DNA from: Octopus sinensis
Taxonomy: Eukaryota
Length of the DNA: 64,000 bases
NCBI RefSeq assembly: GCF_006345805.1
Contig: NC_043014.1
Location: forward strand, 11,718,001 to 11,782,000
Reading direction: 5' to 3'
The notes beneath the pieces were generated by a model. It made no database searches. It was not told where the DNA came from and worked only from the letters and a program-made list of their open reading frames with translations. Both the position numbers and the translations under genes were made by a program. Below are positions 37,115-47,635 of the stretch, piece after piece; the first letter of the stretch is position 1; every line of letters begins with the position of its first letter.

Positions 37115-38985
37115 TTAGGGGAAGAAAAAATCAAAGCAGCTGATATATCTTTTTCTATATTGAGACAGGGCCTCAAGCTCTTTTGATAAGTTCCAGTTGC
37201 ATAAGGTTTTACAAATTCCTGCGTATCAACCATCTGTCTCAGATGACCATCTTTTGAAAATTTATTCTCCAAGACTTTTTCACTAGAAAATGTAATTTTA
37301 AGTGGAGACATTTCAGAGGTATTTGCAAAAGATATTTCATGGGAAGGTGACTGGTGTTCAGTTTTGTACTGATATTTGTAGCTCAGTTCTTTCAAAGGAC
37401 TTTCTTTGGCAATGATCTTAATACTCTTTTCATCTTGTATCTCATTTATGTAAGTGTATTTCGTCTGTTTTATGTATTTATTTTCATCCGCAGCATTAAC
37501 ATGTGGTACAACCTGATGCACAGTCATTGAACACTTTTGCTCCTTTGACATGTTAAAGTTGTATTCCATCATATTCGTTAAGCCCTTTTTCCTTTCGTTC
37601 ATAACAGATTTGTCACTTTTTATGTAGTTAAAACCTTGTGGCAAATCTTTTCTTTCTTTAGGCAATGAACAGTTGGCTATATTATCCAAACTTGAAAGAT
37701 ATTTTTCTGTTTTAGTCATTATTTCGACACTATAGGAATCACTTCTAGGGTAATACAATTTTTTATTAATTTCTTCAATTCCATATTTAATCTTTTTATC
37801 ATATATTGGAGCAGTTGGAGATGTGTGGACAGAAACAACCGAAGTGTTTTTATTATCGGACACATAACCTCCTCTTGAACTCTGCTTTACAACAGAGAAT
37901 TGTGAATACTGAGGTTCTAAAATATGTCTTTCTTTCCATTCTTTCACATTTTCAGATTTCTGTTTTATGTTAAGCTCATCAACAAGAGGAGGCCAGACAT
38001 CATTCAATCCAACATCTTCTGTACTAGGTTCCGAATCATTATTTTCAGTGTTTTTAAATGTTGGACTTTGAATAGGACTAATCGGCTTTAAATTGGCAAT
38101 AATTTCAGAGAATATAGTCTGTAGGGAAATGATTGGTTTATTGCTAACTGGCCTTGACAATCTTTGATCCGGTTGCTTAGAATTTTCCCATTCATTTACG
38201 GGTGAAGAAATCGGGGAGAGGGGAGGCTCAAGAGCTGATTTTACAATTGTCAGCCTAAATATTTCTTCAACACTTTTGTTTTTCAATGAATCCTTTCTGA
38301 TGTCAGTAATCAGAGATTTACCATTTCCTATCTCCTGTTGTTCTGGTTTACAATGCATATCCTTACTGACTCCATTCTTTTGAAGGGTCGTTGCTTGACC
38401 AGATGCTGGTAAAAGAGATGATTGTGTAGGCCCATGATTGTCTGTTGGTATTTCTATATTTAAATCTATGGATTTTACTGGATCAAAATTAATAGGGGTT
38501 GAAGTGTTCTCTGCCTGGTTAAAAGAAGTTAGAACAGTAGAAGGAACAAGTGTTTGTGGAGGCTCTAGGGTCTGGCTGTGTATTTTATTATGATTGCCAT
38601 TACTGTGTATATTTACCTTACATTCATTATTATGGGTTTCTAAAGAGTGTACAACAGATTTAGACTTTTTATTTGCAGAAATAAGTGAAGATGTTGTTTT
38701 CTGATGCCTCATTGGGGGAACCTTAACATCTGGTTGCATATTTTTAGTGAAAGGGCCGATTCCTCTGTATGAAACATCAAGTCTGCGATCTGGGAAATTG
38801 TGTAGAATTTCAGGACGTTCTTGTGAGGAGATGTATATAAAATCAGAAATAAAGTTCTGCATAAGTTCATAGTTTCCAAGAATTCTTTTACACTTTCGGT
38901 TTATTGGATCCTCATTCATCTCAAATATACGACACGGGGAACCAAATACTGGAATGTTTTTCATAGATTCTTCACTATCTGCCAT
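37066..38985 (-). CDS. AF4/FMR2 (AFF/lilliputian)-like protein, N-terminal part (ORF1 of a split single-exon gene)
   Basis: Track ORF 37066..39147 (693 aa) is a long, non-repeat ORF. PVFGSPCRIFEMNEDPINRKCKRILGNYELMQNFI resembles the AFF N-terminal P-TEFb-binding motif (LFGEPYK...RIQxMLGNYEEMKxFI). SVEEIFRL...EPPLSPISSP resembles the ALF/ELL-binding motif ([22 protein letters not shown]). The likely start is the ATG at 38985 (aagatcATGG context), just downstream of a polypyrimidine tract + CAG acceptor. Confidence 0.75.
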   Translation of the reverse strand: MADSEESMKNIPVFGSPCRIFEMNEDPINRKCKRILGNYELMQNFISDFIYISSQERPEILHNFPDRRLDVSYRGIGPFTKNMQPDVKVPPMRHQKTTSSLISANKKSKSVVHSLETHNNECKVNIHSNGNHNKIHSQTLEPPQTLVPSTVLTSFNQAENTSTPINFDPVKSIDLNIEIPTDNHGPTQSSLLPASGQATTLQKNGVSKDMHCKPEQQEIGNGKSLITDIRKDSLKNKSVEEIFRLTIVKSALEPPLSPISSPVNEWENSKQPDQRLSRPVSNKPIISLQTIFSEIIANLKPISPIQSPTFKNTENNDSEPSTEDVGLNDVWPPLVDELNIKQKSENVKEWKERHILEPQYSQFSVVKQSSRGGYVSDNKNTSVVSVHTSPTAPIYDKKIKYGIEEINKKLYYPRSDSYSVEIMTKTEKYLSSLDNIANCSLPKERKDLPQGFNYIKSDKSVMNERKKGLTNMMEYNFNMSKEQKCSMTVHQVVPHVNAADENKYIKQTKYTYINEIQDEKSIKIIAKESPLKELSYKYQYKTEHQSPSHEISFANTSEMSPLKITFSSEKVLENKFSKDGHLRQMVDTQEFVKPYATGTYQKSLRPCLNIEKDISAALIFSSPKYKVSPLTSSITDAHF

Positions 38986-39005
38986 GATCTTAATACGAAA
39001 TACAA

Positions 39006-39084
39006 CTGGAAGAAAAAAAAAATAGAAAAGAAAAAAATTACTGAAAACTGTTAAAATACTAAACTGATAATTCTCTTTACTCAC
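39006..39084 (-). promoter_or_regulatory. Candidate short 5'-UTR intron of the AFF-like gene
   Basis: On the minus strand, GTGAGT donor at 39084-39079, then a long T-rich tract ending TTCTTCCAG at 39006, 20 nt upstream of ATG 38985. The acceptor is better supported than the donor; other possible donors lie at 39090, 39097 and 41643. Confidence 0.45.
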
Positions 39085-40393
39085 ATACACCTGGTACCTT
39101 GAAGATCCACCTTGACACCTGATAACAATGCTTTTATCCTTTTCCATCCTGACCCCATCACCTTCTCTTCTAAAATGTCTATATTCATATAGCTACACTA
39201 CAGCAAGAAACCTGTTCTGCCCTGGCCCTTTTCTCTCATACTAACCCCTCTTATACCTATTTCTTTACTACCCAGAAGGGGGCTAAACACAGAAGGGACA
39301 AACAAGGACAAACAAATGGATCAAGTCAATTATATTGACCCCAGTGCGTAACTGGTCCTTAATTTATCGACCCCGAAAGAATGAAAGGCAGTATCGACTT
39401 TGGCGGAATTTGAACTCACAACGTAGAGGCAGACACAATACTGCTAAGCATTTCGCTCGGTGTGCTAACGTTTCTGCCAGCTCAATCCTTCTCTACTCCT
39501 TATTCTCCTAACATAAATACTCCCCACTTTACTTGGGTTTTTCAGTCTTGTAAGCAACATGGTAACTTCACCAGTGCTGGTTACACAAAGAAAAAAGGAA
39601 AAAAGAAACAACCAGTACATACTATAAAGTGGTTGGTATTAAGAAGTGCATCCAGCCATTGAAACCATGTCAAAGCAGAGACTCTGAAGCATGGTGTGAC
39701 CTTTAGGTACATCAGATCCTATCAAACTGTCCACTTATGTCAGCATGGAACACGGACATAGGAATAATGATGATGATAATGCTGAAGACTTACTATCTCT
39801 CTTTCTCTCTTTTACTTGTTTCAGTCATTTGACTGCGGCCATGCTGGAGCACCGCCTTTAGTCGAGCAAATCGACCCCGGGACTTATTCTTTGTAAGCCC
39901 AGTACTTATTCTATCGGTCTCTTTTGCCGAACCGCTAAGTGACAGGGACGTAAACACACCAGCATCGGTTGTCAAGCAATACTAGGGGGACAAACACTGA
40001 CACACACACACACATACATACATATATATATATATACATATATACGACAAGCTTCTTTCAGTTTCCGTCTACCAAATCCACTCACAAGGCATTGGTCGGC
40101 CCGGGGCTATAGCAGAAGACACTTGCCCAAGATGCCACACAGTGGGACTGAACCTGGAACCATGTGGTTGGTTAGCAAGCTACTTACCACACAGCCACTC
40201 CTGCGCCTATGATTGTAAAGAATAACACTTCCTTCTTTCTACACAGCATTTTGATCAATTTGACTTTCAGTTGTTTTCAGGTATCTCACTCCATCGTTTA
40301 GAAATATGGGTTCCAAGTTGAAATCCATTTAGGTGTGAGGTCAAGAAGCTTGCTTTGCAATCACATGGTTTTGGATTCAGTCCAACCACACAG

Positions 40394-40955
40394 CACAGAA
40401 TGTTTTCACCTCAATAGACGGTCATTGATTGGTTGAAATTGCCGAAATGCAAGAAATTAAAGACCAAATATTTTACAAACTATAGAATTTTCTCAATAAA
40501 GCCAAGAGAAAAAGATGTTTTATAAACACATTCTACCAGTATACAAAGTTTAAAATGTTTTAGTTACCTAGAAATTATGTTAAAAACTGCCGTTCAAACC
40601 GAAAAGATCCGAGAGGGAAATTAAAACTGCATATGTTGTGAATATGTGTTTATTAATAAAAGTTTAATAACGATAATCTTTTATTCATACGAACGTAACT
40701 GATAGGAAATATGTCATAAATAACAGGGACAAATTGATATGACACCGCCAGAAAATGTTGTCGACAAAATACGGCAGATATTGTATTCACTTCAATAGAC
40801 GGTCATTGATTGGTTGAAATTGCCGAAATGCAAGAAATTAAACAACAAATAGCTTACAAACTACAGAATTTTCTCAAGAAAGCCAAGAGAAAAAGATGTT
40901 TTATGTAACACATTCTACCAGTATACGAAGTTTAAAAGTGTTTAGTTACAAAGAA
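40394..40955 (+). repeat. Unclassified interspersed repeat with internal direct duplication; family copy at ~63740-64000
   Basis: tcaatagacggtcattgattggttgaaattgccgaaatgcaagaaatt occurs at ~40411 and ~40792, and a related sequence occurs at ~63947. Confidence 0.6.
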
Positions 40956-40961
40956 ATTATT

Positions 40962-41308
40962 ATCCGAGCGTGGCCGTCTGCCAGCCTCGTCTGGCACCTG
41001 TGTCGGTGGCACATAAAAAACACCATCCGAGCGTGGCCGTCTGCCAGCCTCGTCTGGCACCTGTGTCGGTGGCACATAAAAAACACCATCCGAGCGTGGC
41101 TGTCTGCCAGCCTCGTCTGGTACCAGTGTCGGTGGCACATAAAATCACCCACTACACTCTCGGAGTGGTTGGGGTTAGGAAGGGCATCCAGCTGTAGAAA
41201 CACTGCCAGATCTGACTGGCCTGGTGCAGCCTTCGGGCTTGCCAGACCCCAGTTGAACCGTCCAACCCATGCTAGCATGGAAAGCGGACGTTAAACGATG
41301 ATGATGAA
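40962..41308 (+). mobile_element. Retroelement 3' portion with 3 x 63-bp internal tandem repeat and (GAT)n tail
   Basis: atccgagcgtggccgtctgccagcctcgtctggcacctgtgtcggtggcacataaaaaacacc repeated three times, then ttaggaagggcatccagc...aaacgatgatgatg. Degenerate relative at ~39550-39780. Confidence 0.65.
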
Positions 41309-41365
41309 GTTTAATCGAGCCCTTTCGATCGTAGCAGTCCGTGGAAACACACTAACCACAGGACC

Positions 41366-41599
41366 TATTTCTTCATTACCCACAAGGGGCTAAACACAGA
41401 GGGGACAAACAAGGACATACAAACGGATTAAGTAGATTATATCGACCCCAGTGCGTAACTGGTACTTATTTAATCGACCCCGAAAGGATGAAAGGCAAAG
41501 TCGACCTCGGCGGAATTTGAACTCAGAACGTAGCGGCAGACAAAATACTGCTAAGCATTTCGCCCGGCGTGCTAACGATTCTGCCAGCTCGCCGCCTTG
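41366..41599 (-). mobile_element. tRNA-derived SINE family A, full-length copy with 14-bp TSD
   Basis: Sense strand starts GGCGGCGAGCTGGCAGAATCGTTAGC (A-box-like) and carries GAGTTCAAATTCC (B box). The TSD ctaaccacaggacc is at 41352-41365 and 41600-41613. Confidence 0.9.
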
Positions 41600-42823
41600 C
41601 TAACCACAGGACCGCATTTGCTTCCCTCTACCAGCCAACTCACGCTCTAGCATCAACCTAGAGTATTTCTATCAGCTAAGCTGCCTCCCTGTGCCCGTTT
41701 CTGTGTATTGTGTGCTGCATGCGTCAGCCAGCCTCTTATTTCTAGTCCATTCTATTTTTTCGCCTTCCGATAACAAACGCCTTTGACAGCCTGTTGCTTT
41801 CTCTTTTCCACAATTCTTGCAAGGATAGTCTTGGTAAATGACTCGCGGAGTCTTCTACAGCCAAAATTACGAATGGACTTTTTTAAAAGATAAACGAAAT
41901 TTTGAAGAAACATTTGATTTAATTGTAAACACGTAACCATCCCAGAGTGGGGACGAGGTGGCCGTCTCATCTTCATGAGTACAAATCCGTGTCATTCATT
42001 TTTCATGTTATATATCTCCACATGTTTTGTTTGCCCCATCATCGTGGCCCCCTTGCGGGTAATAAAAAAAATCAGCGTCTTCTAAAGCCTATATATATAT
42101 ATAAAGGTAAATAACAAACATATTTATTCATTATTATTCAAATAAAATGGAACAACGTGATTGGTTGAATAAATTACTATATTTGCATACGACACGGTGT
42201 AACGCCTATAAATAAATATATTTCTGTCCTTATTAGACATATTTGCATGAATCGGATTTTTACTCTCTAAGGAAATTGTAATGAGAACAAACAAGACAAA
42301 AAAAAACCGTGACAATAATCTACGAAAGAGAACGAGGAATAGATTTGTGACAATTTTCATTGAAAAGATTCGTGCGGAATAATTGTTTTACACCCAGAAA
42401 TGCATTTAAATTTCTTCTTAGGGGTACAACAAAACTTCTCAGTTCTGGGGGTTGAAGTTATTTTTGGCGTCCCAAAATTAATAGGCATTATAAACCAAAG
42501 AAAGCGTTGCGTTTCTTCACCTCTGCGCCTGGTTAAATCGTTTTCTCTTTTTCCTTGCTACACTTCTGATGTGTATCTTCTACCAAGTTTGAAATTTTGG
42601 ATTAGCAGTTTTTCCATTTCACCCAATTAACTGGGAATTTTTTTTCTATTTGGCTCATTCTGAGATTCTTTGCAAGCATCACAGACATTCCCCCACCTCT
42701 TTTCAGTTGCTTAGCTACGCACACACACACACACAGTCAAATCAAATAAACGAACATTAAAAATAACAATAACAAGAAGACATGCACAAGGAATATATGA
42801 GTTTGACGTTCAGTAAAAAAGGG

Positions 42824-42860
42824 CTTTTGACGTTTCGAGCATGGCTCTTCATCGGAAAGA
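42824..42860 (-). ncRNA. Minimal hammerhead-like motif (U4C variant), Penelope-type
   Basis: Minus strand cttt-CCGATGA-a-gagc(cat)gctc-GAAAC-GTC-aaaag. Stem I is short. Confidence 0.5.
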
Positions 42861-44704
42861 AAAAGGGAAAAGTCCAAAGAAGGAAAAAAAAAAAGAATCA
42901 ATAACAGCCGCATGAGTCCAGTTCCCAACACAAGACTTTCCCTGAACGGGGCGCCGATCCGTTGCAGATTTCAAGGTCAGTGATTTTTAAGGGACGGAAC
43001 AAGTCGACTGTATAGATCAGCACTATTTCACAGGCACATACTTTATCGATCCCAAAGGAATAAAGGGCCAAGTTGATTTCGGCGAGATTTGAAACCAGAA
43101 GTAAGGAGCTCGAAGAAATGACAAGCATTTTGTCCGACGTGCTAACGATTCTCATTTCTTTATTGCCCACAAGGGGCTAAACATAGAGGAGACAAACAAG
43201 GACATACAAAGGGATTAAGTCGATTACATCGATCCCAGTGCGTGACTGGTACTTATTTAATCGACCCCGAAAGGATAAAAGGCTAAGTCGACCTTGGCGG
43301 AATTTGAACTCAGAACGTGCTAACGATTCTGCCAGCTCAGTGCCTTATGTATTTTCAAATAGCCGTTTAATAATCTTGAACTGCTTTCTTATTACCGCCC
43401 ACCATACCACAGGACTTAAAGCTATCACCCATAGCTAAAAAACAGAAAATGCTTTTTTATTACAATGCTGCTGCTACCCAAAGTAATGAAATTAACCATC
43501 CATCCGTACACGAGATATAGATCATCAGCTACCATCTCATCATTTTTTAAAAGAGAATTTGTGTCCTATATCAACGGGGATAATAGAAGCGTAGAAATGG
43601 TGTGCGTGTGATTTGAGTGCCGCCAAGGGAGACGCTTTTTATGGAGCGGCCTTTTGGATTTGTTGTATAAACCAGTATAAGCTTGGAAAACCAGAGGAGG
43701 GGTTCGACAAAATCAAGGGATGTCGTGGATGGTACTAACTATAGCTAAGCTACTGACTAACAAACTGTTTCTCTGAGCCAACGGAGGATCCTCTTCGCAG
43801 TGAGAAATAGTAACTATTAGAAATAGCAGCCAAAAATCTCTGAAATCAAACATTGCCATTATGAAGTAAAATGAAAGACGCATTGAATAATGAAGTCCGG
43901 TATACACCATTCCAATCCAGTTAATCAGTGCTGGAATTTCATTGATCGTCTGGATCAAAGTCGATCTCGGACAGTCTAAACAACAACAATTTATTTACTT
44001 GGTTGAAAAAATTGATTCTATCTATTTGAACATATTTTAACGTTCCATTGGGTCTACAGTTAACATCTCATTTCAGGAGTATTTTTTTTTATTGTATCGA
44101 CATGAGCCAGAAAAGTGTGAGAAAAGCAAAGATGATCGTAAAATTTGAATTCAGAACTTAAAGGTCTTATAAACACCAACGTATTTTATCCAGCCGGGTC
44201 TTAAACTTCTCTTCTAAATCTGAGTTAAACGAGTATTAAAAAAAAAATCATTCTTTTAATTGTTTCTGCTTTAAAGCAGTCATGCTGAGGTACGACCGTT
44301 GTGAATATAAACATTTGAAGAGTAGCAATGTGACTAAGAAAAGAACTGGTAATAAACTGAGTTTATTAGAATATAAACTACCACCATCATGCTCTGTGCC
44401 AATGAAGGGGTCTCTACGTGGTCACACGATCTGCTAGAAATAAGTGATATTGCCATCATATCAAATACCCGTGATAAAAAAGAAAAAAATGTGAGGTACA
44501 TTGGGTAATACCTCGATATACTATACCTGGCTTTCATTGTACAGCAAGAAAACTGCTAAGAGGCCGAAGAATATGTGAACTGAGATTTGTATTATCGACC
44601 GGCAGAAAAAGTGCCATCTTGTATTCTGAGATGATTTTTAAAATGAGGATATCTGAAATAAACTCGACTGCTCTCACAAATGAGAATGCTTAAAATGAAC
44701 ACGA

Positions 44705-44958
44705 CCGCTCTCAAAAATTAAGTGAAAAAAACAAAAAAAAAAAAACAAAAACAAAAAAAAACAGGAAAAATAATCCAGAATCCTTGTTCGGTACCGGATC
44801 GATCCCAAATCTAATCAGTTCGTGCCAGCTACGAGGCCAAACATCTGAATCCATCCAGCGGTTCTTGAGATATCTTGTCCACGGACAAACGAACAAACAA
44901 ACAAACAAACAAACACGACTGAAAACAATACCTCCGCCTAGGCGAAGGCGGAGGTAAT
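44705..44958 (-). mobile_element. Helentron-associated / DINE-1-like non-autonomous element
   Basis: Minus strand begins with the subterminal hairpin attacctccgcc-ttcgccta-ggcggaggtat, then (GTTT)n and gatatctcaagaaccgctggatggatt. Confidence 0.6.
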
Positions 44959-47177
44959 AAACGGGATGGTCACAACTAGAAGGTCCTTGACTATAGATCT
45001 ACTCAATCATGGTATGAATTTATTACTTGTGCTTATTAAATTCAATCCTTTTTTGTTGTCGCACCTTGATCACATTCGCCGGGAAAATATTGAGAAAAGA
45101 CGCAGCGTGTGTTCTACTTGGCCATTTGCATCTCAACATAAGTCTACCTTGGCGAAGGCGGATGTAATAAACAGGATGGTCACAACTGGAAGGTCCTTGA
45201 CTATAGATCTACTCAATCAGAACTGACTTGGTGCTAAAGAGCGTCAACGCCCGTCTTTCATAAACCTGAGTAAATTCTCTTGAACTAGACACCAAATGCT
45301 TCTTATAGTGGAGCACCGAAGACTACGCATTTGCATTCACTCGTGTACAAATTGTGAAGAAACCATTTCTTTCGTCTTTTACTTACGACCCAAATTCGGT
45401 TTGATTTATGACGAAACTATAGACACTTGACCATGTTTCCGAAGTTAATTACAGTCCAAAGGTACAAGGCCAGAAATCTGAAGAGATGGGTTAGCCGATT
45501 AAATTGATTTCACTACTTGACTGGCGTGGAGGCGCATGGCTCAGTGGTTAGTGTGTTGAACACATGATCGTAAGATAGTGGTTTCGATTCCTGAACCGGG
45601 CGATGCATTATGTTCTTGAGCGAAAACCTCATTTCACGTTGCTCCTGTCCATTCAGCTGGTACAAATGAGTGATCCTGCGACGGTCCGGGGAATATATAC
45701 ACCAGGGACCCCGGCCCTGTGATCCTTACAGAGTAATGTGGACTAACCAACCACTTGATTGGTGCTTTATATTATCGACCCTTGCGGTTGACAACGGCGG
45801 AATTTGAACCCGAATGATTTCTAATATAAGCTCAAGGCCAGAAAAGCAAGAGCGGGAGAGGGTACAATTGATTAAATCGAAACTCCCTAGTAAGTGATTT
45901 TATGCATTTTACTGCCCCTCATCTCACTCGGAAAAAAAACCCCAAGAGTAAACTCGGCTGCGTTACGATTCGAACTCGCAATGAGAGAGACTATCAAAGG
46001 TTAAATCGAATTTCAAAAACGTGTCATTTATTTATTTTATCTGCTCTGGTGGGATTTGAACTCAAATGATTAAGGTACGTTAGCTAAATACCACAAGGTA
46101 AGTTAATCATAAATTACTCTTTACGCACATCCTTATTTAATACTGAGAATATGTAATGCTTTTACTTATTTCACTCATTGGACTACGGCCATACTGGGGC
46201 ACCGCCTTGAAAGGTTTAGTCGAATAAATCTACCCCAATATTTATTTTAAAGTCTGGTACTTATTCCATCGTTCTTTTTTCTCGTACTGCTACGTTAGGA
46301 GGACGTAAACAACCCAACACCGTTTGATAATCAGTGGTGGGGAGGCAAGTAACACATACACGCACATTATATACAAGGCGGGCTTCCACACAGTTTTCGA
46401 TTACCAAATTGACTCGTAAGGAACTGGTCGGCCCTGGGCCATAATAGGAGACAGTGGACCAATGTGCCACACAGGGAGACAGAACCCGAAGTCATGCGTT
46501 TGCAAAGCAACCGTCTTCACCACATAGCCATGGCTGTGATATAAACGTGGAATATAATATCACAACGGGTTTTAAAAAATATTTAAAATATTTATTCGTA
46601 TTGAAATTGCATATGCAATGTGCCCGACGGAGGTAAAGAATATGCGGACCACCCGTTTTCGGCGTAACCCTAAACGCCGAAAACGGGTGGTGCGCATATT
46701 CTTTACTTTCACCCTGTGTCCTGTAAAGGTTGGACTCTTATCTTGTAAATTACAAATAAAGCGTGTGTCCATAGATTATGAGACACACTGTGTGTGTGTT
46801 GCCGAATCTTTTAGAAATATAATTTCAAATTGACGAGAAGATCGGGTGTCACTTCAGTGTGCGTTATTCCACATCATCCCCTCTCCCATCCGTAAAATAT
46901 ATGTAAATCCATCTGTCTTTTCATCTTGTATATAAGAAGCGTGTATGTATCCTACATGACCCTTGTCTGTCCTTGTAACGTCCCCTCTATGTAAACCTTT
47001 TTATAGGTAAATAAAGAAATGTATTCCACAGCATCTCTGGTCTACACTGTGCAATGATCTCAATCGGTTCGGTGGCCCTTCATGGTATGAATTTATTACT
47101 TGTGCTTATTAAATTCAATCTTTTTATTGTCGCACCGTGATCACATTCGCCGGAAAAATACTGAAAAAAGATGCACA

Positions 47178-47635
47178 TTTCTTTACTACCCACAAGGGGC
47201 TAAACACAGAGAGGACAAACAAGAACAGACAAATGGATTAAGTCGATTATATCGACCCCAGTGCGTAAATGGTACTTATTTAATCAAACCCGAAAGGATG
47301 AAAGGCAAAGTCGACCTCGGCGGAATTTGAACTCAGAACGTAACGGCAGACGAAATACCGCTAAGCATTTCGCCCGGCGTGTTAACGTTTCTGCCAGCTC
47401 GCCGCCCTATTTTTTAGTACCTATTTCTTTATTACTCACAAGGGGCTAAACACAGTGGGGACAAACTAGGACAGACATAGGTATTAAGTCGATTACATCG
47501 ACCCCCAGTGCGTAACTGGTACTTATTTAATCGACCCCGAAAGGATGAAAGACAAAGTCGACCTCGGCGGAATTTGAACTCAGAACGTAACGGCAGACGA
47601 AATACCTTTTAGCATTTCGCCCGGCGTGCTAACCT
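47178..47635 (-). mobile_element. Two SINE family A copies within a duplicated target site
   Basis: Flanked by atactgaaaaaagatgca and atactgagaaaagacgca. An uninterrupted paralogous site lies at ~45010-45140. Confidence 0.8.

Noticed and set aside
38986-39147. N-terminal 54 aa of the 693-aa track ORF (MEKDKS...FFLFYFFFLPVV) as a signal or transmembrane segment
   Set aside because: The Phe-rich stretch is a polypyrimidine tract ending in CAG. AFF similarity starts only after MADSEES.
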